From positions 2,403,362 to 2,467,361 of the forward strand of contig OZ220673.1 in assembly GCA_965116305.1 (NCBI GenBank): 64,000 nucleotides of DNA. Direction: 5' to 3'. Of this stretch, positions 8,394-17,107 are shown piece by piece. The DNA is from Dehalococcoidia bacterium (GTDB taxonomy: Bacteria > Chloroflexota > Dehalococcoidia > Lucifugimonadales > Australimonadaceae). The stretch's first letter is position 1, and each line of letters opens with the position of its first letter. The notes below the pieces were generated by a model, which worked only from the letters and a program-made list of their open reading frames with translations, searched no databases and was not told the origin of the DNA. The translations under genes and the position numbers were made by a program.

Positions 8394-10190
8394 GTGGAGG
8401 GACCTATGAGCGATGGGAACTACGACTTCGCCCTGGCGATAGGAGGCGAGGCCGGTCAGGGTATCGCTACACCGGGCGACACGCTCGCCCGCATCGTCGT
8501 GCGGCGCGGGTTGAACCTGTCCACCTACAACGCGTACCAGTCCATCATTCGAGGGGGGCATATCTTCCTCACCGTGCGCGTCTCCGACAGGGAAGTGCGC
8601 AGCCACGGCGACAAACTGGACATGCTGCTGGCGCTGAACCAGGACACGATGAACCGGCACCTGCGGTTGCTCGGCTCCGGCGCGGCGGCGCTCTACAACA
8701 GCGACACGATCTCTCCGGGCGACTACGCAGACGGCGTGCAGCTCTGTCCGCTGCCGGTGAACGACCTCACCGGGTCGCAGCGGTCCGGGCTGAACCAGAA
8801 CACCGTAGCCCTCGGCGCGATGATGCACCTGCTCGGCCTCGACTTCGGCCTGCTCGAAGCGAGCATCACCCAGCAGTTCGCCCGCAAGGGCGAGGATGTG
8901 GTGAACGAGAACGTGCGGGTCGCTCTTGCGGGGTACACGCACGCGCAGGAGAACTTCACCCCGTTCCCGCTGCCGATGCCCGAAGGCGGCGAGCCGCTGG
9001 GTGTCTGGTCCGGCAACGAGGCGCTCGCGATGGGCGGCGCCGCGGCAGGCGTGAAGTTCTACGCGGCCTACCCGATGAGCCCGTCTACAGGCGTGCTCCA
9101 CTGGATGGCGCAGAACGCCCGGAACCTGGGCATCATGGTGCGCCAGGTGGAAGACGAGATCGGCGTCGCGAACATGGTCGTCGGCGCTGCCCACACCGGG
9201 GCCCGCGCGATGTGCGCGACCTCCGGCGGAGGCTTCGCCCTGATGACCGAGGCGATCGGCGCCGCGGCGATGATGGAGATACCCTGCGTGTTCATCAACG
9301 TGCAGCGTGCGGGGCCGTCCACCGGCGTCCCCACCAAGACCGAGCAGGGCGACCTCTGGCAGGCGCTCGGCGCAAGCCAGGGTGACTTCGAGCGGTTCGT
9401 CGTCAGCCCGAAGGACGCCCTCGACGCCTACAACACCGTGCCGGAGCTGTTCAACCTTGCGGACAAGCTGCAATGCCCCGGCATCATCCTCTCCGACCTG
9501 CTCATCTCCGAGGGCAGGTACAGCATCAATCCCAGGGACATCGACTTCCACCCCGCCATCGACAGGGGCGAACTCATCACGGAAGGCGCCTCCAACGGGG
9601 ATGCCTACATGCGGTACAAGGACACGGCGAGCGGCGTCTCTCCGCGTGCGGTGCCCGGGACCGAGGGGCACGTACACACCGTGGCAACGGACGAGCACGA
9701 CGAAGACTCGATGCTCCTCTCCGACGAGTTCACGAACCCGCACCGCCGCCGCGCGTCGGTTGAGAAGCGCGCGCGGAAGTTCGAGGCCGCTGCAAGCCTC
9801 ATCGCGCCCCCGGAGATCGAGGGCCCCGCGAACGCAGAGGTAACGCTGGTCGGCTGGGGCTCCACCGCGGGCGTCATCCAGGAGGCTATCGAGCAGCTCG
9901 CGGACCGCGGCATCACTGCGAACCAGTTGGCGGTCAAGTGGCTCATCCCCCTGCACGCGGACGAGATCACGGCAGCCCTGACGAGCGCCAACAGGTTCAT
10001 CATCGTGGAGAACAACTACTCCGGCCAGTTCGCCCGCTACATGCGAAGCGAGACGGGGCTGAGCGCCTACGGCCACATCCGCAAGTACGACGGTGAGCCG
10101 TTCGCGCCTCACCACATAGCAGACGGCGTCGCGGACCTGCTGGGCAGGGACGGCGGCGTCTTCGTCCCCTACCAGGAAGTCATCGTCTAA
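8394..10190 (+). CDS. korA: 2-oxoacid:ferredoxin (acceptor) oxidoreductase subunit alpha
   Basis: 598 aa. ...GEAGQGI...AAYPMSPSTGV...INVQRAGPSTGVPTKTEQGDL... is typical of the KorA/OorA alpha-gamma fusion. An alternative start is ATG 8406. Confidence 0.85.
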   Translation: MEGPMSDGNYDFALAIGGEAGQGIATPGDTLARIVVRRGLNLSTYNAYQSIIRGGHIFLTVRVSDREVRSHGDKLDMLLALNQDTMNRHLRLLGSGAAALYNSDTISPGDYADGVQLCPLPVNDLTGSQRSGLNQNTVALGAMMHLLGLDFGLLEASITQQFARKGEDVVNENVRVALAGYTHAQENFTPFPLPMPEGGEPLGVWSGNEALAMGGAAAGVKFYAAYPMSPSTGVLHWMAQNARNLGIMVRQVEDEIGVANMVVGAAHTGARAMCATSGGGFALMTEAIGAAAMMEIPCVFINVQRAGPSTGVPTKTEQGDLWQALGASQGDFERFVVSPKDALDAYNTVPELFNLADKLQCPGIILSDLLISEGRYSINPRDIDFHPAIDRGELITEGASNGDAYMRYKDTASGVSPRAVPGTEGHVHTVATDEHDEDSMLLSDEFTNPHRRRASVEKRARKFEAAASLIAPPEIEGPANAEVTLVGWGSTAGVIQEAIEQLADRGITANQLAVKWLIPLHADEITAALTSANRFIIVENNYSGQFARYMRSETGLSAYGHIRKYDGEPFAPHHIADGVADLLGRDGGVFVPYQEVIV

Positions 10191-10206
10191 CCAAGGAGAA
10201 GACACC

Positions 10207-11088
10207 ATGACCACGATTCAACTGACAGCACGTGACTTCAAGGGCAAGATCGACCCTGACTGGTGCCCGGGTTGCGGTGACTTCGGCGTGTTGAACAGCC
10301 TGCAGCGCGCAGCCGCCGAGCTTGGCCTGCGCCCGCACGAGATCGTGACGGTCAGCGGCATCGGCTGTTCGTCCAACCTGCCGGGCTACATCAACACCTA
10401 CGGGGCGCACACGCTCCACGGACGTTCACTCGCGTTCGCCACGGGGGTGAAGATGGCCAACCACGAGCTCACCGTCATCGCCACCGGCGGCGACGGCGAC
10501 GGCTACGGCATCGGCGGCAACCACTTCACCCACACCGCCCGCCGTAACGTGGACCTCACCTACGTGGTGATGAATAACCAGATCTACGGCCTCACCACCG
10601 GCCAGGTCTCCCCGACCAGCAGGGTGGGACAGAAGACTAAGAGCACCCCGTTCGGCAGCGTGGAATACCCCATCAACCCCATCACCTCCGCCATCATGAA
10701 CGGCGCGACCTACGTTGCGCGAGGCTACTCCGGCGATGTGAGGCACCTGACCGAGCTCATCAAGGGAGGCATCGAGCACCAGGGTTTCGCCCTTATCGAT
10801 ATATTCAGCCCGTGCGTTACCTTCAACCTGGACAACACCCACAACTTCTTCAAGGAGCGCATCAAGAAGCTGGAGGACGAGGGTCACGACGCCACCGACT
10901 GGGCCGCTGCCTGCGAGAAGGCGATGGTCTGGGGCGACGAGATCTACATCGGCAAGTTCTACCACCTGGAGACCGAGAAGGAGTCGCTCACGGCGCTGGA
11001 ACCCGTCCTGCGCGACGGGCCCGTCGCCAAGCGCACCGGAGGGCTTACCGAGGAGCAGGCCGACCGCATCGTGCAACGCATGCTGTAA
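10207..11088 (+). CDS. korB: 2-oxoacid:ferredoxin oxidoreductase subunit beta (TPP-binding)
   Basis: 293 aa. It has the WCPGCGDFG motif and the TPP motif GGDGDGYGIGGNH...MNNQIYGLTTGQ. Confidence 0.9.
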   Translation: MTTIQLTARDFKGKIDPDWCPGCGDFGVLNSLQRAAAELGLRPHEIVTVSGIGCSSNLPGYINTYGAHTLHGRSLAFATGVKMANHELTVIATGGDGDGYGIGGNHFTHTARRNVDLTYVVMNNQIYGLTTGQVSPTSRVGQKTKSTPFGSVEYPINPITSAIMNGATYVARGYSGDVRHLTELIKGGIEHQGFALIDIFSPCVTFNLDNTHNFFKERIKKLEDEGHDATDWAAACEKAMVWGDEIYIGKFYHLETEKESLTALEPVLRDGPVAKRTGGLTEEQADRIVQRML

Positions 11089-11115
11089 CCCGTGACGCAA
11101 CACACGTCCGACGAC

Positions 11116-11142
11116 GGCCCGCGAGTCTGCGATTCGCGGGCC
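11116..11142 (+). terminator. stem-loop after korB (GGCCCGCGA / TCGCGGGCC) followed by GTTCGCTT
   Basis: A 9-bp GC stem read from the sequence, 28 nt after the korB stop. The T-tract is weak. Confidence 0.45.
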
Positions 11143-11221
11143 GTTCGCTTATCCCGGAGCCCACACAACGGCCGCCCTGCGTGTAACATTCCGTAGTGCG
11201 CAACGCGCACGCCAGACGGAC

Positions 11222-12235
11222 ATGCCCATCACTCCCGAACAGCAGGCCGAGATAGACGCGCTCCGCGAGGAGCGCCGGGAGACGCGGCGCGCCACCGTGC
11301 CCGCCGTCGAGGAGATCCTCTACCAGCCGCTGCACGTGCTCGACCACGGCTTCGTCCGCGTGGTGGACTACATGGGCGACGACGCGGCCATCGTGCAGGC
11401 CGCGCGCGTTTCGTACGGGCGCGGGACGAAGCGGACCCGCGACGACCAGGGCCTCATCAACTACCTGATGCGGAACGCCCATACCTCGCCGTTCGAGATG
11501 TGCGAGATCAAGCTCCACGTGAAGCTCCCCATCTTCGTTGCGCGGCAGTGGATACGGCACCGCATGGCGAACGTGAACGAGTATTCGGCGCGCTACTCCG
11601 TGCTCGACAGGGAGTTCTACATCCCGGAAGGCGACCAGCTGGCAACCCAGTCCGCCACCAACAATCAGGGACGGGGCCAGGTAAGCGCCGGAGAGCAACT
11701 CACCCTGGGCTCGGTCCCCGCGCCTGAAGCCGGCCCACAGCAAGGTCCCCGGCGCAGGACAGCGAGAGAGCGCACCGTCGAGGCACAGCGCGCCCGGGCC
11801 ACCCAGGAGGAGGCGCAACACGTCCAGGAGTCCATGACCGCGGACGCTCAGCGTTCGTTCGACCAGTACGACAGCCTGCTCGACGCCGGGTTCGCTCGTG
11901 AACTGGCCCGCATCGGTCTGCCGTTGAGCACGTATACGCAGTGGTACTGGAAGACCGACCTGCACAACCTGCTGCACTTCCTCGCCCTCCGCGGCGACGC
12001 CCACGCCCAGTGGGAGATACAGGAGTACGCCCGCGTGATCCTGGACGTCGTGGAGCGCTGGGTGCCGCTCACGGCGAACGCGTTCCATCGCTACCGGATT
12101 GGCGGCGCGCGTCTCAGCGCGGAGGGGCTGTCAGCCGTCAAGCGCATGCTTGCCGGCGAGGAGATAGACCCGGCGGAGCTGGAGATGTCCCCCCGCGAAT
12201 GGCGCGAACTCAAACAGACCCTTGGCCTGCCCTAG
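11222..12235 (+). CDS. thyX: flavin-dependent thymidylate synthase ThyX, with an internal low-complexity insertion
   Basis: 337 aa. It carries the ThyX motif RHRMANVNEYSARYS, with ...TSPFEMCEIKLHVKLPIFVARQW upstream. An extra segment of roughly 40 aa (GSVPAPEAGPQQGPRRRTARERTVEAQRARATQEEAQH) lies between NNQGRGQ and the helical domain. Confidence 0.9.
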   Translation: MPITPEQQAEIDALREERRETRRATVPAVEEILYQPLHVLDHGFVRVVDYMGDDAAIVQAARVSYGRGTKRTRDDQGLINYLMRNAHTSPFEMCEIKLHVKLPIFVARQWIRHRMANVNEYSARYSVLDREFYIPEGDQLATQSATNNQGRGQVSAGEQLTLGSVPAPEAGPQQGPRRRTARERTVEAQRARATQEEAQHVQESMTADAQRSFDQYDSLLDAGFARELARIGLPLSTYTQWYWKTDLHNLLHFLALRGDAHAQWEIQEYARVILDVVERWVPLTANAFHRYRIGGARLSAEGLSAVKRMLAGEEIDPAELEMSPREWRELKQTLGLP

Positions 12236-12253
12236 TCTCTCCGCCGTTCAGTG

Positions 12254-12484
12254 CCTCCCCGTCGTTCCTGCACAGCCCCCGCCACTCCCGTCCTTTCCCG
12301 TCATTCCCGCGAAGGCGGGAATCCAGCGTGCCCGGGCAGGGCACACGGGGCGGGGCGCCTGATCCCCTCTCCCTACAAGGGGAGAGGGTTAGGGAGAGGG
12401 TACTCTGGGGGGAGGGACGGAAGGGCCCCCCTTCGCCCCCTGGGAGAGGGAAACGCGCGCCAGCGCGAGGGTGAGGGTGAACCG
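12254..12484. repeat. intergenic palindromic-repeat cluster 1 (modules M5, M1, M2, M3)
   Basis: M1 GTCATTCCCGCGAAGGCGGGAATCCAGCGTGCCCGGGCAGGGCAC at 12301-12345. M2 CCCCTCTCCCTACAAGGGGAGAGGG at 12365-12389. M3 CGCGCGCCAGCGCGAGGGTGAGGGTGAACC at 12455-12484. All three recur elsewhere in the window. Confidence 0.8.
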
Positions 12485-12518
12485 CACGCGGGGCGGAGAG
12501 TGCTCCGGGAATAAGGAA

Positions 12519-12550
12519 GGCCCCGCTCAGTTGAGCGGGGCCTCTTCTTT
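12519..12550. terminator. bidirectional rho-independent terminator (GGCCCCGCTC-AGTT-GAGCGGGGCC + TCTTCTTT)
   Basis: A perfect 10-bp stem between the convergent thyX and the minus-strand gene ending at 12571. T-containing tracts lie on both sides. Confidence 0.6.
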
Positions 12551-12570
12551 AGCGTATCTGTCCGTTGTGC

Positions 12571-13581
12571 CTAGGCGAACGCACGTCGGCGGGAGCGGAA
12601 GACCACCAGCCCGCCGCTGAGGACGAACGCAGCGCCCAGTGCGAGAGCCGCCAGCGCAACCATCGGTACGAGCGAGTCGCCGGTGGCGGGCGGAGCCCCA
12701 ACGTTGGGGCGGAACGCGGCGAGGTCCTGCGACAACTCGTAGAGGTGCACCGCGCCGTAGGGCGCCTCGGCTTCTCTGGTTACCTGGTCAAGCGCCTGGC
12801 CGTCCTGCTCGGTGCCCGAGTACAGCCGGGTCGCCCATGCGAGGAGGTTCTTGGTCTCCTGCTCGGCCTCGATGCCGGATGCGCCGGACGCGCGCGACGC
12901 GGCGCCCCGCACCTCGCCGGCGAGCCTGATCACGTTGTTCGACGCGTTGATGATGTCGTTCGCAACGGCTTCGACGTTCTCGTCGCCGCCGCTGGCGGAC
13001 GAGAAGATGAGGTCGCTGGCAACCGCGGACGATTCCCGCGCCGAAGCGACGACACCGTCCAGCATGCCCGCAGCCGCGTCGGCGTCTCCCGCCTCGGCGT
13101 AGGCCAGCACTTGCGCGGCCTGGTTGCGCGCCGCCGTCGCCACACCGCCCTCACCCACGAGAGCGCTGACGTGCGAGAGAACGGCCCCGCGCGTCGCCGC
13201 ACCGTAAGCGATAACGCCGGAAGGAGCGGGGTCGGGGTCGTCCAGCGGCTCCACCGTAATCGCGAATACACCGTAGCGCGCGAGGAGGTCCGCCCCGCTG
13301 GGGGAGACGTACTCGCCCTGGAGGAACGGGCCGCGGCCAAGCCTGCCGGTGCTGAGCTTGTTATCGTCGGCGTCTATGAGCCAGCCTTCGTAGGTAGAGC
13401 CGTGGGAAAGCACGGTGGCACGGGTGAAATCGACCACCAGGCTGTCGCTTGCCGCGTTGGCGTCGCGGAAGTGGGCGGTGCCGCCAAGGGCAGGTGCCTG
13501 CGCGCTCGCGCTGAGGGTCATGAGCAGGGTCAGCGCCAGCATCAAGGCTACGCTGATGGAGAGCTTTCGGCGTGTGAACAT
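12571..13581 (-). CDS. secreted surface protein with an RskA-C-like N-terminal domain and a sortase-type C-terminal sorting signal
   Basis: 336 aa. The signal peptide is MFTRRKLSISVALMLALTLLMTLSASAQA. ...YEGWLIDADDNKLSTGRLG...FAITVEPLDDPDPAPSG resembles the anti-sigma-K RskA C-terminal domain. The C-terminus is PPATGD, then a hydrophobic helix, then RSRRRAFA. Confidence 0.65.
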   Translation of the reverse strand: MFTRRKLSISVALMLALTLLMTLSASAQAPALGGTAHFRDANAASDSLVVDFTRATVLSHGSTYEGWLIDADDNKLSTGRLGRGPFLQGEYVSPSGADLLARYGVFAITVEPLDDPDPAPSGVIAYGAATRGAVLSHVSALVGEGGVATAARNQAAQVLAYAEAGDADAAAGMLDGVVASARESSAVASDLIFSSASGGDENVEAVANDIINASNNVIRLAGEVRGAASRASGASGIEAEQETKNLLAWATRLYSGTEQDGQALDQVTREAEAPYGAVHLYELSQDLAAFRPNVGAPPATGDSLVPMVALAALALGAAFVLSGGLVVFRSRRRAFA

Positions 13582-13845
13582 CCCGCCTCCTGTTAGTCCG
13601 GTGACTCTTTACGCATCGAGGCATGGCCGGACGATGCTCTCCGGACACGCCTAATGCATATCATATCCTTCGCCTGACCGGAACCCGGTCTGGGCTTTGC
13701 ACGGCATTATAGTACATCATCGCCGCTTCGCCATAGTTTTTACAGCGTCCTCTCATCCGAGTTTCCGCGAATACACACCTGTGCGTATCCGTTTGACCAG
13801 CCATCCGCCCGGTTATACCATGCCCCGCAATCGAATAGCGAACGT

Positions 13846-13936
13846 TCAGGGGAGCCGGGCACCGCGTCCGGCTGAGAGGCCCGTCACGGGCGACCCTCCG
13901 AACCTGACCTGGGTCATGCCAGCGTAGGAAGAGCGA
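13846..13936 (+). promoter_or_regulatory. TPP (THI-box) riboswitch
   Basis: CAGGGGAGCCGGG...CCGGCTGAGAGG...GACCCTCCGAACCTGACCTGGGTCATGCCAGCGTAGGAAG matches the conserved GGGGxGC / CUGAGA / ACCC..GAACCUGAUCUGGAUAAUGCCAGCGUAGGGAA core. A downstream hairpin (GGGCCGCTC..GAGCGGCCC) precedes the SD AGGAGG of the 14008 gene. Confidence 0.9.
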
Positions 13937-14007
13937 TGCAACCGGCAGATGTCGCAAAGGGGCCGCTCCTCCACTGAGCGGCCCTTCGCTATGCAGGAGG
14001 AGACGCG

Positions 14008-15510
14008 ATGTCTACCGAGGCCTGGGCCCTCATCGCTGCGATCGTCACCATGGCCGTCATGTCCGCGGCGGGCATCGCCTACACGAGGGCGAGGCGGCAG
14101 ACCATCGAGGACTTCGTCTCTGCGCGCGGTTCCATCGGCGGCATGACCGCGATGGCCACCATGGCCGCATCCCTGCTCGGCGCGTGGATCCTGTTCAGCC
14201 CTGCTGAAGCGGCGACCTGGGCAGGGGTTGCCGCTCTCATCGGGTACGGCATCGGGCAGGCCGCTCCCATCGTGGCCTTCACTGTTGTCGGCCCGCGTAT
14301 GCGCAGACTCGCGCCGAACGGTCACTCCCTCAGCGAGTTCGTCTGGCAGCGGTACGGCCGTGCGATGTATCTCCTCACGCTCCTCATCATCGTCCTCTAC
14401 ATGTTCACGTTCCTCGCCGCCGAGATGGGCGCGATCGCACGAGCGGTGGGGCACGTTGCCGGTGCGCGGCTCGAACTGACACTCGTGCTCGTCGGCGTCG
14501 CAACGCTGGCCTACACCGTCTACGGCGGCCTGCGCGCCTCCATCTTCACGGACAACATCCAGTTCGCCATCATCGTCCCCCTGCTCATCGCCGTCCTCGT
14601 CGCCGCGCTCGCCCACTTCGGCGGTTGGACCGCGGCCTTCGATACGGTGCGGGAGGAGAACGCGGCGCTGCTCGACGTCACCCAGCTGCACGGCATCGAG
14701 TTCGGCCTCACGCTCGTGATCGCCATCCTCGCGGCGAACCTCTTCCACCAGGGGCTCTGGCAACGCGTATATGCCGCAAAGACGGACGGCGACATCCGGC
14801 GCGGCTTCCTCGCCGCGGGCGCGCTCGTCGTCCCGCTGATCGTCGCCGCGGGACTGTTCGGACTGTGGGCCGTCAGCAGCGGGCTGGTGAACGACGACCA
14901 ACCCGCCTCCATCGCGCTCTTCTCGCTGGCCCTGGAAGTGCTCCCCGGCTGGGCGCTCGTTGTCCTCGTCGCGCTTGCGCTCGTACTCGTGATGAGCAGC
15001 ATGGACACGCTCCTCAACGGCATGGCGAGCGTGTTCACGACCGACCTCTCACGCATCCGCGGCGGGCGCGGGCTGCTTCGTTCCACCCGGCTCATCACTG
15101 CGTTCCTCATCATCCCGGCCGCCGTCGTCGGTTATGCGTTCGACAGCGTGCTCTACCTCTTCCTCATAGCGGACCTCGTCTGCGCCGGCGCGATGGTGCC
15201 GGTATTCGCAGGCATGTGGGGCCGGCATCTGAGTGGAACGGGGGCCGTCACCGGTACGGTGGTCGGCATAGTCGTGGGGGCCCTCTTCTTCCCCAGGCCG
15301 GACCTCTCCGGCTGGTGGACGTGGGAGGGGCTCACGAGCGTATGGCACATCCTCGCGTCCGGGAACCTGCTGGCCAGTTTCCTCCTCGCTGTCGTCACCT
15401 CGTCGGTGGTCACGGCGCTGTTCGTCTTCGCAGCCCGGCAGCGCGCCACCGCCGGGTTCGAGCTGGAAGCGCTTGCTGACGAGATACGCCCGCTGGAGAG
15501 CGAAGCGTGA
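14008..15510 (+). CDS. sodium:solute symporter (SSS) family transporter under TPP-riboswitch control (thiV-type candidate thiamine-precursor importer)
   Basis: 500 aa with about 13 TM segments and SSS-like N-terminal repeats. Its position is riboswitch > transporter > tenA > thiD. Confidence 0.8.
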   Translation: MSTEAWALIAAIVTMAVMSAAGIAYTRARRQTIEDFVSARGSIGGMTAMATMAASLLGAWILFSPAEAATWAGVAALIGYGIGQAAPIVAFTVVGPRMRRLAPNGHSLSEFVWQRYGRAMYLLTLLIIVLYMFTFLAAEMGAIARAVGHVAGARLELTLVLVGVATLAYTVYGGLRASIFTDNIQFAIIVPLLIAVLVAALAHFGGWTAAFDTVREENAALLDVTQLHGIEFGLTLVIAILAANLFHQGLWQRVYAAKTDGDIRRGFLAAGALVVPLIVAAGLFGLWAVSSGLVNDDQPASIALFSLALEVLPGWALVVLVALALVLVMSSMDTLLNGMASVFTTDLSRIRGGRGLLRSTRLITAFLIIPAAVVGYAFDSVLYLFLIADLVCAGAMVPVFAGMWGRHLSGTGAVTGTVVGIVVGALFFPRPDLSGWWTWEGLTSVWHILASGNLLASFLLAVVTSSVVTALFVFAARQRATAGFELEALADEIRPLESEA

Positions 15511-15513
15511 GCC

Positions 15514-16185
15514 ATGGCTGAGCCGTTCACCACCCGCTTGAAAACAGCAGCCGCGGACGTGTGGGAGGCGCAGCACGAGCACCCGTTCATCCGGGGCATC
15601 GGCGACGGCAGCCTCGACCTCGCCCGCTTCCGGCACTGGGTGCGGCAGGACTACCGTTTCCTGATCGAGTACGCCCGGATGCTCGCGACAGCGTCGGCGC
15701 GCGCCCCTAGCCTCGAAGCGATGACGAAGCTGGCGCAGCTCACGAACGAAACGCTGAACGTAGAGATGTCCATGCACCGCTCCTACGCGGCTGAGTTCGG
15801 CATCAGCGAGGAAGAGTTGGAGCGCGAGACGATGTCGCCTACCTGCCGCGCCTACACGGACTTCCTCATCCGCACGGCTGCCACGGGCAGTTTCCCCGAG
15901 GTCGTCGGCGCGCTGCTGCCGTGCATGTGGGGATTCTCGGAGGTCGGTCAGCGGCTCGCCGCACGGGGACGACCGGAAGACCCGCGCTACGCCGCATGGA
16001 TCGACATGTACGCGTCCGCCGAGTTCGCCGAACTGGCCGGGTGGTGCCGCGGACTGCTCGACCGCATCGCTGAAGGGCTGCCCGAGGACGAGTTGGCCCG
16101 CATCGAAGAGACGTTCGTCACCAGCTCCCGCTACGAGTACCTCTTCTGGGAGATGGCATGGAATCAGGAGGAGTGGCCGGTATGA
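15514..16185 (+). CDS. tenA: thiaminase II / aminopyrimidine aminohydrolase TenA
   Basis: 223 aa. ...[40 protein letters not shown]...YTDFL...ALLPCMWGF... is the TenA/PqqC-like fold signature. Confidence 0.85.
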   Translation: MAEPFTTRLKTAAADVWEAQHEHPFIRGIGDGSLDLARFRHWVRQDYRFLIEYARMLATASARAPSLEAMTKLAQLTNETLNVEMSMHRSYAAEFGISEEELERETMSPTCRAYTDFLIRTAATGSFPEVVGALLPCMWGFSEVGQRLAARGRPEDPRYAAWIDMYASAEFAELAGWCRGLLDRIAEGLPEDELARIEETFVTSSRYEYLFWEMAWNQEEWPV

Positions 16186-16982
16186 ACGAAGGGCGTACAC
16201 CCATCGCGCTGACGGTCGCAGGGTCCGACTCCGGAGGCGGCGCCGGCATACAGGCCGACCTCAAGACGTTCGCCGCGTTCGAGGTGTACGGCGCGAGCGC
16301 ACTGACCGCCGTCACCGCGCAGAACACCCTCGGGGTCACGGCCATCCACGAACTGCCGGTGGACGTGATCGGCGCCCAGATAGACGCCGTGGCGACCGAC
16401 ATCGGGATGGACGCGGTGAAGACGGGGATGCTCTCCAGCGCAGCGATCATCGAGACCGTGGCGGAACGGCTCCGGCATCACGGCGTGGAGCAACTCGTCG
16501 TGGACCCGGTGATGGTGGCCAAGGGAGGTGACCGCCTGCTGCGTGAGGACGCCGTATCCGCACTGGTCTCGCGACTCCTCCCCTTGGCGCTCGTCTCTAC
16601 GCCGAATGCAGGGGAGGCAGCCGCCCTCTGTGGACATCCCGTCGAAACGATGGAGCAGGCGCGGGACGCCGCACGCGCCATCCACGGTATGGGCTGCCGC
16701 TACGTCGTCGTGAAAGGCGGCCACTTCGGCGAGGACGCGGTGGACGTGCTGTACGACGGTTCAGCGTTCACTGAGTTCCCAGCGAAGCGCATCGCCACGA
16801 CCAGCACGCACGGCACGGGTTGCACGTTCGCATCGGCAGTCGCTGCCGGGCTCGCACACGGCAACGCCGTGGAGGGCGCGGTCTCCGACGCGAAAGAGTA
16901 CGTCACCGCAGCCATCGCGGGCGCTCCTCCCATCGGAGGGGGCCATGGTCCCTTGCATCACTTCCACGCGTGGTGGGCCTGA
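16182..16982 (+). CDS. thiD: hydroxymethylpyrimidine / phosphomethylpyrimidine kinase
   Basis: The start is set at ATG 16182, which forms an ATGA overlap with the tenA stop. ...[22 protein letters not shown]...[11 protein letters not shown]...[11 protein letters not shown]. Confidence 0.9.
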   Translation: MNEGRTPIALTVAGSDSGGGAGIQADLKTFAAFEVYGASALTAVTAQNTLGVTAIHELPVDVIGAQIDAVATDIGMDAVKTGMLSSAAIIETVAERLRHHGVEQLVVDPVMVAKGGDRLLREDAVSALVSRLLPLALVSTPNAGEAAALCGHPVETMEQARDAARAIHGMGCRYVVVKGGHFGEDAVDVLYDGSAFTEFPAKRIATTSTHGTGCTFASAVAAGLAHGNAVEGAVSDAKEYVTAAIAGAPPIGGGHGPLHHFHAWWA

Positions 16983-17027
16983 CCCCTTCCCTCTTGATGG
17001 GGGAAGGTTGGGGTAGGGGGGTGAACC
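16983..17027. repeat. intergenic repeat cluster 2 (variant M2 hairpin CCTTCCC..GGGAAGG plus variant M3 GGGGTGAACC)
   Basis: CCCTTCCCTCTTGATGGGGGAAGGTTGGGGTAGGGGGGTGAACC lies directly after the thiD stop. Confidence 0.5.
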
Positions 17028-17107
17028 AGCTGTGCCCGTGCTATACTGCCCCGAACCACAGGAGCATTGAGGCCCGCCCCAGCTTCAGTGCGAGGAGGTG
17101 TGAAAGG

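Noticed and set aside
7986-10214. 742-aa minus-strand ORF.
   Set aside because: It is antisense to lpdA and korA, which have unambiguous motifs. Its composition (R/G/A/V/H-rich) is typical of GC-rich antisense frames.
12251-12514. Short ORFs translated from repeat clusters, for example 12251..12514, 25374..25670, 30230..30508 and 62949..63341, with peptides such as VIPAQAGIQ, SFPRRRESS and PLRGEVALKARV.
   Set aside because: They coincide exactly with the dispersed palindromic repeat modules and recur in different frames and orientations. They are translation artefacts of repeats.
12565-13596. 343-aa plus-strand ORF opposite the surface-protein gene.
   Set aside because: The minus-strand product has a signal peptide, a recognisable domain and a sorting signal. 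The plus-strand product is Arg/Gly-rich with no features.
13597-13840. Possible tRNA or other structured RNA in the AT-richer spacer upstream of the TPP riboswitch. The same question applies to spacers 6775-6986 and 20521-20711.
   Set aside because: No T-loop (GGTTCGAATCC-like) or cloverleaf could be found. The regions look like ordinary divergent promoter spacers.
17019-17047. Promoter for the HU gene using the repeat-derived GTGAAC as the -35 and TATACT (17042-17047) as the -10.
   Set aside because: The -10 is good, but the spacing to any -35-like hexamer is poor (15 nt) and the -35 match is weak. It is too speculative to list as a feature.
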